64,000 nt of DNA from the human T2T-CHM13v2.0 reference genome, Homo sapiens. The notes under the pieces were generated by a model. It did not search any database. It saw nothing but the letters and a program-made list of their open reading frames with translations, and had not been told where the DNA came from. The DNA is taken from NCBI RefSeq assembly GCF_009914755.1, contig NC_060933.1. The stretch is one strand, 5' to 3'. Positions 37,395 to 50,755 of the stretch are shown here, one piece after another (within the stretch, counting starts at the first letter, position 1; each line of letters starts with the position of its first letter). Both the position numbers and the translations under genes were made by a program.

Positions 37395-40300
37395 CGGGTT
37401 GATTCCATTCCATTCCATTCGATTGCAATCGAGTTGATTCCTTTCCATTCCATTCCATTCCATTCCATTCATTTCCATTCCATTACGGATGATTCCATTC
37501 CATTGCATTCAATTCCATTCCATTCCCCTGTACTCGGGTGATTCCATTCCATTCCATTCCAATCCATGCCATTCCACTCGTGTTGATTCCATTCTTTCCA
37601 TTCCATTCAACTGGAATCCATTCCATTGCATTCCATTCCATTCGATTCCATTCGATTGCACTCGGGTTGATTCCATTCCATTGCATTCCATTCCATTCCA
37701 TTCCATTCCATTCCATTCCATTCCATTCCGTTCCATTCCATTCCATTACATTCGGATTGATTCTATTCAATTCCCTTACACTCCATTACATTCCATTCCA
37801 TTCGGGTAGTTTCCGTTCCATTCCATTCCATTCCTCTCCATTCCATTCCACTCGGGTTGATTCCATTCCATTGCATTCCATTCCATTCCATTCAATTCCA
37901 TTCCGTTCCATTCCATTCCATTACATTCGGATTGATTCTATTCAACTCCCTTACTCTCCATTACATTCCATTCCATTCGGGTTGTTCCATTCCATTCCAT
38001 TCCATTCCACTCCATTCCATTGCACTCGGGTTTACTCCATTCCATTCCATTCCATTCCATTCCATTCCATTCCATTCCGGAAGATTCCATTCCATTGCAT
38101 TCCATTCCATTCCCTTCCCCTGCACTCGCGTTGATTCCATTCCATTGCATTCCATTCCATTCCATTCCATTCCATTCCATTCCTTTCCTTTCCGTTCCAT
38201 TCCATTCCATTCCATTCCATACCAATCCATTCCATTCCGTTCCGTTCCGTTCCATTCCATTCCATTCCATTCCATTCCGGATGATTCCATTCCATTGCCT
38301 TCCGTTCCATTACATTCCCCTGCACTCGCGTTGATTCCATTCCATTCCATTCCATTCCACTCCATTCCATTGCACTCGGGTTGATTCCATTCCATTCCAT
38401 TCCATTCCATTCCATTCCATTCCATTCCATTACAATTCGTTCCATGCCATTCTATTCCGTACCATTCCATTCCATTCCATACCATTCCATTCCATTCCAT
38501 TCCGTTCCATTCCGTTCCATTCCATTCCATTCCATTCTATTCGGATTAATTCCATTCCATTCCATTCCATTCCATTCTATTCCATTCCATTGCAATCGAG
38601 TTGAATCCATTGCATTTCATTCCATTCCATTCCATTCCATTCCATTCCGGAAGATTCCATTCCATTGCATTCCATTCCATTCCATTCCCCTGCACTCGCG
38701 TTGATTCCATTCCATTCCATTCCATTCCATTCCATTCCGTTCCGTTCCATTCCATTCCATTCCATTCCATTCCATTCCATTCCATTCCGTTCCGTTCCAT
38801 TCCATTCCATTCCATTCTATTCGGGTTAATTCCATTCCATTCCATTCGATTGCAATCGAGTTGTTTCCATTTCGTTCCATTCCATTCCATTCCATTCCAT
38901 TCCATTCCATTCCTTTCCATTCCATTACGGATGATTCCATTCCATTGCATTCCATTCCATTCCATTCCCCTGTACTCGGGTTGTTTCCCTTCCATTCCAT
39001 TCCAATCCATGCCATTCCACTCGTGTTGATTCCACTCTTTCCATTCCATTCAAGTTGAATCCATTCCATTGCATTCCATTCCATTCGATTCCATTCGATT
39101 GCACTCGGGTTGATTCCATTCCATTGCATTCCAATCCATTCCATTCCATTCCATTCCATTCCATTCCATTCCATTCAGTTCCATTCGATTCCATTACATT
39201 CGGATTGATTCTATTCAATTCCCTTACACTCCATTACATTCCATTCCATTCGGGTAGTTTCCATTCCATTCCATTCCATTCCTCTCCATTCCATTGCACT
39301 CGGGTTGATTCCATTCCATTGCATTCCATTCCATTCCATTCATTTCCATTCCGTTCCATTCCATTCCATTACATTCGGATTGATTCTATTCAACTCCCTT
39401 ACTCTCCATTCCATTCCATTCCATTCGGGTTGTTCCATTCCATTCCATTCCATTCCACTCCATTCCATTGCACTCGGGTTGATTCCATTCCATTCCATTC
39501 CATTCCATTCCATTCCATTCCATTCCATTCCGGAAGATTCCATTCCATTGCATTCCATTCCATTCCATTCCCCTGCACTCGCGTTGATTCCATTCCATTC
39601 CATTCTATTCCATTCCATTCCCTTCGTTTCCGTTCCATTCCATTCCATTCCATTCCATTCCGTTCCGTTCCATTCCATTCCATTCTATTCGGGTTAATTC
39701 CATTCCATTCCATTCGATTGCAATCGAGTTGATTCCATTCCATTCCATTCCATTCCATTCCATTCCATTCCATTCCATTCCTCTCCATTCCATTGACCTC
39801 GGGTTGATTCCATTCCATTGCATTCCATTCCATTCCATTCAATTCCATTCCGTTCCATTCCATTCCATTACATTCGGATTGATTCTATTCAACTCCCTTA
39901 CTCTCCTTTACATTCCATTCCATTCGGGTTGTTCCATTCCATTCCACTCCATTCCATTGCACTCGGGTTTATTCCATTCGATTCCATTCCATTCCATTCC
40001 ATTCCGGAAGATTCCATTCCATTGCATTCCATTCCATTCCATTCCCCAGCACTCGCGTTGATTCCATTCCATTCCATTCCATTCCATTCCATTCCATTCC
40101 ATTCCATTCCTTTCCGTTCCATTCCATTCCATTCCATTCCATTCCAATCCATTCCATTCCGTTCCGTTCCGTTCCGTTCCATTCCATTCCATTCCATTCC
40201 ATTCTATTCGGGTTAATTCCATTCCATTCCATTCGATTGCAATCGAGTTGATTCCATTCCATTCTATTCCATTCCATTCCATTCCTTTCCATTCCTTTAC

Positions 40301-43300
40301 GGATGATTCCATTCCATTGCATTCCATTCCATTCCATTCCCCTGTACTCGGGTTGATTCCATTCCATTCCATTCCAATCCATGCCATTCCACTCGTGTTG
40401 ATTCCATTCTTTCCATTCCATTCAAGTTGAATCCATTCCATTGCATTCCATTCCATTCGATTCCATTCGATTGCACTCGGGTTGATTCCATTCCATTGCA
40501 TTCCATTCCATTCCATTCAATTCCATTCCATTCCATTCCATTCCGTTCCATTCCATTCCATTACATTCGGATTGATTCTATTCAATTCCCTTACACTCCA
40601 TTACATTCCATTCCATTCGTGTAGTTTCCATTCCATTCCATTCCATTCCTCTCCATTCCATTGACCTCGGGTTGATTCCATTCCATTGCATTCCATTCCA
40701 TTCCATTCAATTCCATTCCGTTCCATTCCACTCCGTTACATTCGGATTGATTCTATTCAACTCCCTTACTCTCCATCACATTCCATTCCATTCGGGTTGT
40801 TCCATTCCATTCCATTCCATTCCACTCGATTCCATTGCACTCGGGTTTATTCCATTCCATTCCATTCCATTCCATTCCATTCCATTCCATTCCTTTCCAT
40901 TCCATTCCATTCCATTCCATTCCAATCCATTCCATTCCATTCCGTTCCGTTCCGTTCCATTCCATTCCATTCCATTCCATTCTATTAGGGTTAATTCCAT
41001 TCCATTCCATTCGATTGCAATCGAGTTGATTCCATTCCATTCCATTCCATTCCATTCCATTCCATTCCATTCCATTCCATTTCGTTCCATTCCATTCTAT
41101 TCCGTATCATTCCATTCCATTCCATTCCATTCCATTCCATTCCATTCCATTCCATTCCATTGTACTCGGGTTGATTCAATTCCATTGCATTCCCTTCCAT
41201 TCCATTCCATTCCATTCCGTTGCATTCCATTCCATTACATTCGGATTGATTCTATTCAACTCCCTTACTCTCCAATACATTCCATTCCATTCGGGTTGTT
41301 CCATTCCATTCCATTCCATTCCACTCCATTCCATTGCACTCGGGTTGATTCCATTCCATTCCATTCCATTCCATTCCAGTCCATTCCGGATGATTCCATT
41401 CCATTGCATTCCGTTCCATTACATTCCCCTGCACTCGCGTTGATTCCATTCCATTGCATTCAATTCCTTTCCATTACAATTCGTTCCATTCCATTCTATT
41501 CCGTACCATTCCATTCCATTCCATACCATTCCATTCCATTGCTTTCCATTCCATTCCATTCCGTTCCATTCCGTTCCATTCCATTCCATTCCATTCTATT
41601 CGAATTAATTCCATTCCATTCCATTCTATTCCATTCCATTCCATTGCAATCGAGTTGAATCCATTGCATTTCATTCCATTCCATTCCATTCCATTCCATT
41701 CCGAAAGATTCCATTCCATTGCATTCCATTCCATTCCATTCCCCTGCACTCGCGTTGATTCCATTCCATTCCATTCTATTCCATTCCATTCCCTTCCTTT
41801 CCGTTCCATTCCATTCCATTCCATTCCATTCCGTTCCGTTCCATTCCATTCCATTCTATTCGGGTTAATTCCATTCCATTTCATTCGATTGCAATCGAGT
41901 TGATTCCATTCCATTCCATTCCATTCCATTCCATTCCATTCCATTCCATTCCTTTCCATTCCATTACGGATGATTCCATTCCATTGCATTCCATTCCATT
42001 CCATTCCCCTGTACTCGGGTTGATTCCATTCCATTCCATTCAAATCCATGCCATTCCACTCGTGTTGATTCCATTCTTTCCATTCCATTCAAGTTGAATC
42101 CATTCCATTGCATTCCATTCCATTCGATTCCATTGGATTGCACTCGGGTTGATTCCATTCCATTGCATTCCATTCCATTCCATTCCATTCCATTCCATTC
42201 CATTCCCTTCCATTCCATTCCATTACATTCGGATTGATTCTATTCAATTCCCTTACACTCCATTACATTCCATTCCATTCGTGTAGTTTCCATTCCATTC
42301 CATTCCATTCCTCTCCATTCCATTGACCTCGGGTTGATTCCATTCCATTGCATTCCATTCCATTCCATTCAATTCCATTCCGTTCCATTCCACTCCATTA
42401 CATTCGGATTGATTCTATTCAACTCCCTTACTCTCCATTACATTCCATTCCATTCGGGTTGTTCCATTCCATTCCATTCCATTCCACTCCATTCCATTGC
42501 ACTCGGGTTTATTCCATTCCATTCCATTCAATTCCATTCCATTCCTTTCCATTCCATTCCATTCCTTTCCATTCCATTCCATTCCATTCCATTCCAATCC
42601 ATTCCATTCCATTCCGTTCCGTTCCGTTCCATTCCATTCCATTCCATTCCATTCTATTAGGGTTAATTCCATTCCATTCCATTCGATTGCAATCGAGTTG
42701 ATTCCATTCCATTCCATTCCATTCCATTCCATTCCATTCCATTCCTTTCCATTCCATTATGGATGATTCCATTCCTTTGCATTCCATTCCATTTCATTCC
42801 CCTCTACTCGGGTTGATTCCATTCCATTCCATTCCAATCCATGCCATTCCACTCGTGTTGATTCCATTCTTTCCATTCCATTCAAGTTGAATCCATTCCA
42901 TTGCATTCCATTCCATTCCATTCCCCTGGAGTCGGGTTGTTTCCATTCCATTCCATTCCATTCCATTCCATTCCATTCCATTCCATTCCATGCCGTTCCG
43001 TTCCATTCCATTCCATTCCATTCTATTCGGGTTAATTCCATTCTATTCCATTCCATTCCATTCCATTCCATTCCATTCCATTCCAATCGAGTTGATTCCA
43101 TTCCATTCCATTCCATTCCATTCCACTCCATTCCAGTCCTTTCCATTCCATTCCACTCGGGTTGATTCCAATGTATTCCTTTCCATTCCATTCCATTCCA
43201 TTGCAATCGAGTTGATTCCATTTCTTTGCATTCCATTCCATTCCATTCCATTCCGGATGATTCCATTCCATTGCATTCCATTCCATTCCATTCCCCTGCA

Positions 43301-46300
43301 CTCGGGTTGATTCCATTCCATTCCACTCCATTCCATTCCATTCCATTCCATTACAATCGAGTTGATTCCATTCCATTCCATTCCAGTCCTTTCCATTCCA
43401 TGCCTCTCGGGTTGATTCCATTCTATTAGTTTCCATTCCATTCCATTCCCTTCCATTCCACTCTGGTTGATTCCATTCCTTTCCATTCCACTCGAATACA
43501 TTCCCTCCTATTCCACTCGGAACGATTCCATTCCATTCCATTCCATTCCATTCCATTCCATTCCATTCCATTCCATTTCGTTCCATTCCATTCTATTCCG
43601 TATCATTCCATTCCATTCCATTCCATTCCATTCCATTCCATTCCATTGTACTCGGGTTGATTCAATTCCATTGCATTCCATTCCATTCCATTCCATTCCA
43701 TTCCGTTGCATTCCATTCCATTACATTCGGATTGATTCTATTCAACTCCCTTACTCTCCATTACATTCCATTCCATTCGGGTTGTTCCATTCCATTCCAT
43801 TCCATTCCACTCCATTCCATTGTACTCGGGTTGATTCCATTCCATTCCATTCCATTCCAGTCCATTCCGGATGATTCCATTCCATTGCATTCTGTTCCAT
43901 TACATTCCCCTGCACTCGCGTTGATTCCATTCCATTCCATTCAATTCCTTTCCATTACAATTCGTTCCATTCCATTCTATTCCGTATCATTCCATTCCAT
44001 TCCATACCATTCCATTCCATTGCTTTCCATTCCATTCCATTCCGTTCCATTCCGTTCCATTCCATTCCATTCCATTCTATTCGAATTAATTCCATTCCAT
44101 TCCATTCTATTCCATTCCATTCCATTGCAATCGAGTTGAATCCATTGCATTTCATTCCATTCCATTCCATTCCATTCCATTCCGGAAGATTCCATTCCAT
44201 TGCATTCCATTCCATTCCATTCCCCTGCACTCGCGTTGATTCCATTCCATTCCATTCCATTGCGTTCCGTTCCATTCCATTCCATTCCATTCCATTCTAT
44301 TCGGGTTAATTCCATTCCATTCCATTCGATTGCAATCGAGTTGATTCCATTCCATTCCATTCCATTCCATTCCATTCCATTCCATTCCTTTCCATTCCAT
44401 TACGGATCATTCCATTCCATTGCATTCCATTCCATTCCATTCCCCTGTACTCGGGTTGATTCCATTCCATTCCATTCCAATCCATGCCATTCCACTCGTG
44501 TTGATTCCATTCTTTCCATTCCATTCAAGTTGAATCCATTCCATTGCATTCCATTCCATTCGATTCCATTCGATTGCACTCGGGTTGATTCCATTCCATT
44601 GCATTCCATTCCATTCCAATCCATTCCATTCCATTCCATTCCATTCCGTTCCATTCCATTCCATTCCATTCCATTCCATTCCGTTCCATTCCATTCCATT
44701 ACATTCGGATTGATTCTATTCATTTCCCTTACACTGCATTACATTCCATTCCATTCGGGTAGTTTCCATTACATTCCATTCCATTCCTCTCCATTCCATT
44801 GAACTCGGGTTGATTCCATTCCATTGCATTCCATTCCATTCCATTCAATTCCATTCCGTTCCATTCCATTCCATTACATTCGGATTGATTCTATTCAACT
44901 CCCTTACTCTCCATTACATTCCATTCCATTCGGGTTGTTCCATTCCATTCCATTCCATTCCACTCCATTCCATTGCACTCTGCTTGATTCCATTCCATTC
45001 CATTCCATTCCATTCCGTTCCATTCCGGAAGATTCCATTCCATTGCATTCCATTCCATTCCATTCCCCTGTACTCGCGTTGATTCCATTCCATTGCATTC
45101 CATTCCATTCCATTCCATTCCATTCCTTTCCATTCCATTACGGATTATTCCTTTCCATTGCATTCCATTCCATTCCATTCCCCTGTACTCGGGTTGATTC
45201 CATTCCATTGCATTGCAATCCATGCCCTTCCACTCGTGTTGATTCCATTCTTTCCTTTCCATTCAAGTTGAATCCATTCCATTGCATTCCATTCCATTCG
45301 ATTCCATTCGATTGCACTCGGGTTGATTCCATTCCATTGCATTCCATTCCATTCCATTGCATTCCATTCCATTCCATTCCGTTCCATTCCATTCCATTCC
45401 ATTCGGACTGATTCTATTCAATTCCCTTACACTCCATTACATTCCATTCCATTCGGGTAGTTTCCATTCCATTCCATTCCATTCCTCTCCATTCCATTGC
45501 ACTCGGGTTGATTCCATTCCATTGCATTCCATTCCATTCCATTCAATTCCATTCCGGTCCATTCCATTCCATTACATTCGGATTGATTCTATTCAACTCC
45601 CTTACTCTCCATTACATTCCATTCCATTCGGGTTGTTCCATTCCATTCCATTCCATTCCACTCCATTCCATTGCACTCGGGTTTATTCCATTCCATTCCA
45701 TTCCATTCCATTCCATTCCATTCCATTCCATTCCATTCCGGAAGATTCCATTCCATTGCATTCCATTCCATTCCATTCCCCTGTACTCGGGTTGATTCCA
45801 TTCCATTCCATTCCAATCCATGCCATTCCACTCGTGTTGATTCCATTCTTTCCATTCCATTCAAGTTGAATCCATTCCATTGCATTCCATTCCATTCCAT
45901 TCCCCTGCAGTCGGGTTGTTTCCATTCCATTCCATTCCATTCCATTCCATTCCATTCCATTCCATTCCGTTCCGTTCCGTTCCATTCCATTCCATTGCAT
46001 TCTATTCGGGTTAATTCATTCCATTCCATTCCATTCCATTCCATTCCATTCCATTCCAATCGAGTTGATTCCATTCCATTCCATTCCACTCCATTCCAGT
46101 CCTTTCCATTCCATTCCACTCGGGTTGATTCCAATGTATTCCTTTCCATTCCATTCCATTCCATTGCAATGGAGTTGATTCCATTGCTTTGCATTCCATT
46201 CCATTCCATTCCATTCCGGATGATTCCATTCCATTGCATTCCATTCCATTCCATTCCCCTGCACTCGGGTTGATTCCATTCCATTCCACTCCATTCCGTT

Positions 46301-47143
46301 CCATTCCATTCCATTGCATTGTATTCGGGTTAATTCCATTCCATTCCATTCCATTCCATTTCATTCCATTACAATCGAGTTGATTACATTCCATTCCATT
46401 CCAATCGAGTTGATTCCATTCCATTCCATTCCATTCCAGTCCTTTCCATTCCATTCCTCCCGGGTAGATTCCATTCTATTAGTTTCCATTCCATTCCATT
46501 CCCTCCCATTCCACTCTGGTTGATTCCATTCCTTTCCATTCCACTCGAATACATTCCCTCCTATTCCACTCGGAACGATTTCATTCCATTCCATTCCATT
46601 CCATTCCATTCCATTCCATTTCGTTCCATTCCATTCTATTCCGTATCATTCCATTCCATTCCATTCCCTTCCATTCCATTCCATTCCATTCCATTCCATT
46701 GTACTCGGGTTGATTCCATTCCATTGCATTCCATTCCATTCCATTCCATTCCATTCCGTTGCATTCCATTCCATTACATTCGGATTGATTCTATTCAACT
46801 CCCTTACTCTCCATTACATTCCATTCCATTCGGGTTGTTCCATTCCATTCCATTCCATTCCTCTCCATTCCATTGCACTCGGGTTGATTCCATTCCATTG
46901 CATTCCATTCCTTTCCATTCAATTCCATTCCTTTCCATTCCATTCCATTACATTCGGATTGATTCTATTCAACTCCCTTACTCTCCATTACATTCCATTC
47001 CATTCGGGTTGTTCCATTCCATTCCATTCCATTCCACTCCATTCCATTGCACTCGGGTTGATTCCATTCCATTCCATTCCATTCCATTCCATTCCGGAAG
47101 ATTCCATTCCATTGCATTCCATTCCATTCCATTCCCCTGCACT
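37395..47143 (+). repeat. ~9.75 kb tandem duplication, copy 2 (9749 bp)
   Basis: See copy 1. It differs by about a dozen substitutions found by eye plus whole-pentamer indels (net -25 bp). Confidence 0.95.
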
Positions 47144-50100
47144 CGCGTTGATTCCATTCCTTTCCATTCCATTCCATTCCATTCCCTTCCTTTCCGTTCC
47201 ATTCCATTCCATTCCATTCCGTTCCATTCCATTCCGTTCCGTTCCATTCCATTCAATTCCATTCTATTCGGGTTAATTCCATTCCATTCCATTCAATTGC
47301 AATCGAGTTGATTCCATTCCATTCCATTCCATTCCATTCCATTCCATTCTATTCCTTTCCATTCCATTACGGATGATTCCATTCCATTGCATTCCATTCC
47401 ATTCCATTCCTCTGTACTCGGGTTGATTCCATTCCATTCCATTCCAATCCATGCCATTCCACTCGTGTTGATTCCATTCTTTCCATTCCATTCAAGTTGA
47501 ATCCATTCCATTGCATTCCATTCCATTCGATTCCATTCGATTGCACTCGGGTTGATTCCATTCCATTGCATTCCAATCCATGCCCTTCCACTCGTGTTGA
47601 TTCCATTCTTTCCATTGCATTCAAGTTGAATCCATTCCATTGCATTCCATTCCATTCGATTACATTCGATTACACTCGGGTTGATTCCATTCCATTGCAT
47701 TCCATTCCATTCCATTCCATTTCATTCCATTCCGTTCCATTCCATTCCATTACATTCGGATTGATTCTATTCAATTCCCTTACACTCCATTACATTCCAT
47801 TCCATTTGGGTAGTTTCCATTCCATTCCATTCCATTCCTCTCCATTCCATTGAACTCGGGTTGATTCCATTGCATTGCATTGCATTCCATTCCATTCAAT
47901 TCCATTCCTTTCCATTCCATTACATTACATTCGGATTCATTCTATTCAACTCCCTTACTCTCCATTCCATTCCATTCCATTCGGGTTGTTCCATTCCATT
48001 CCATTCCATTCCACTCCATTCCATTGCACTCGGGTTGATTCCATTCCATTCCATTCCATTCCATTCCATTCCATTCCATTCCATTCCGGAATATTCCATT
48101 CCATTGCATTCCATTCCATTCCATTCCCCTGCACTCGCGTTGATTCCAATCCATTCCATTCTATTCCATTCCATTCCCTTCCTTTCCGTTCCATTCCATT
48201 CCATTCCATTCCATTCCATTCCGTTCCGTTCCATTCCATTCCATTTCATTCTATTCGGGTTAATTCCATTCCATTCCATTCAATTACACTCGGGTTGATT
48301 CCATTCCATTCCATTCCATTCCATTCCATTCAATTCCATTCCGTTCCATTCCATTCCATTACATTCGGATTGATTCTATTCAACTCCCTTAGTCTCCATT
48401 ACATTCCATTCCATTCGGGTTGTTCCATTCCATTCCATTCCATTCCACTCCATTCCATTGCACTCGGGTTTATTCCATTCCATTCCATTCCATTCCATTC
48501 CATTCCATTCCTTTCCATTCCGGAAGATTCCATTCCATTGCATTCCATTCCATTCCATTCCATTCCATTCCATTCCATTCCATTCCTTTCCGTTCCATTC
48601 CATTCCATTCCATTCCATTCCAATCCATTCCATTCCGTTCCGTTCCGTTCCATTCCATTCCATTCCATTCTATTCGGGTTAATTCCATTCCATTCCATTC
48701 GATTGCAATCGAGTTGATTCCATTCCATTCCATTCCATTCCATTCCATTCCATTCCTTTCCATTCCATTACGGATGATTCCATTCCATTGCATTCCATTC
48801 CATTCCATTCCCCTGTACTCGGGTTGATTCCATTCCATTCCATTCCAATCCCTGCCATTCCACTCGTGTTGATTCCATTCTTTCCATTCCATTCAAGTTG
48901 AATCCATTCCATTGCATTCCATTCCATTCCATTCCATTCGATTGCACTCGGGTTGATTCCATTCCATTGCATTCCATTCCATTCCATTCCTTTCCATTCC
49001 ATTCCATTCCATTCCATTCCATTCCATTCCGTTCCGTTCCGTTCCGTTCCATTCCATTCCATTCTATTCGGGTTAATTCCATTCCATTCCATTCCATTCC
49101 ATTCCATTCCATTCCAATCGAGTTGATTCCATTCCATTCCATTCCATTCCATTCCACTTCATTCCAGTCCTTTCCATTCCATTCCACTCGGGTTGATTCC
49201 AATGTATTCCTTTCCATTCCATTCCATTCCATTGCAATGGAGTTGATTCCATTGCTTTGCATTCCATTCCATTCCATTCCCCTGCACTCGGGTTGATTCC
49301 ATTCCATTCCACTCCATTCCGTTCCATTCCATTCCATTGCATTGTATTCGGGTTAATTCCATTCCATTCCATTCCATTCCATTCCATTCCATTACAATCG
49401 AGTTGATTCCATTCCATTCCATTCCATTCCAGTCCTTTCCATTCCATTCCTCTCGGGTTGATTCCATTCTATTAGTTTCCATTCCATTCCATTCCCTCCC
49501 ATTCCACTCTTGTTGATTCCATTCCTTTCCATTCCACTCGAATACATTCCCTCCTATTCCACTCGGAACGATTCCATTCCATTCCGTTCCATTCCATTCC
49601 ATTCCATTCCATTTCGATCCATTCCATTCTATTCCGTATCATTCCATTCCATTCCATTCCCTTCCATTCCATTCCATTCCATTCCATTCCATTGTACTCG
49701 GGTTGATTCAATTCCATTGCATTCCATTCCATTCCATTCCATTCCATTCCGTTGCATTCCATTCCATTACATTCGGATTGATTCTATTCAACTCCCTTAC
49801 TCTCCATTACATTCCATTCCATTCGGGTTGTTCCATTCCATTCCATTCCATTCCACTCCATTCCATTGCACTCGGGTTGATTCCATTCCATTCCATTCCA
49901 TTCCATTCCATTGCGGATGATTCCATTCCATTGCATTCCGTTCCATTACATTCCCCTGCACTCGCGTTGATTCCATTCCATTCCATTCCATTCCATTCAA
50001 TTCCATTCCATTACAATTCGTTCCATTCCATTCTATTCCGTACCATTCCATTCCATTCCATACCATTCCATTCCATTCCATTCCATTCCGTTCCATTCCA

Positions 50101-50755
50101 TTCCATTCCATTCCATTCTATTCGAATTAATTCCATTCCATTCCATTCCATTCCATTCTATTCCATTCCATTGCAATCGAGTTGAACCCATTGCATTTCA
50201 TTCCATTCCATTCCATTCCATTCCATTCCATTCCGGAAGATTCCATTCCATTGCATTCCATTCCATTCCATTCCCCTGCACTCGCGTTGATTCCATTCCG
50301 TTCCATTCCATTCCATTCCATTCCGTTCCGTTCCATTCCATTCCATTCCATTCCATTCCATCCCATTCCATTCCATTCCATTCCATTCCATCCCGGGAGA
50401 TTCCATTCCATTGCATTCCATTCCATTCCATTCCCCTGCTCTCGCGTTGATTCCATTCCATTCCATTCCATTCCATTCCATTCCATTCCGTTCCGTTCCC
50501 TTCCGTTCCGTTCCATTCCATTCCATTCCATTCCGTTCCGTTCCATTCCATTCCATTCCATTCTATTCGGGTTAATTCCATTCCATTCCATTCGATTGCA
50601 ATCGAGTTGATTCCATTCCATTCCAATCCATTCCATTCCATTCCATTCCATTCCTACTCATTCCATTACGGATGATTCCATTCCATTGCATTCCATTCCA
50701 TTCCATTCCTCTGTACTCGGATTGATTCCATTCCATTCCATTCCAATCCATGCCA

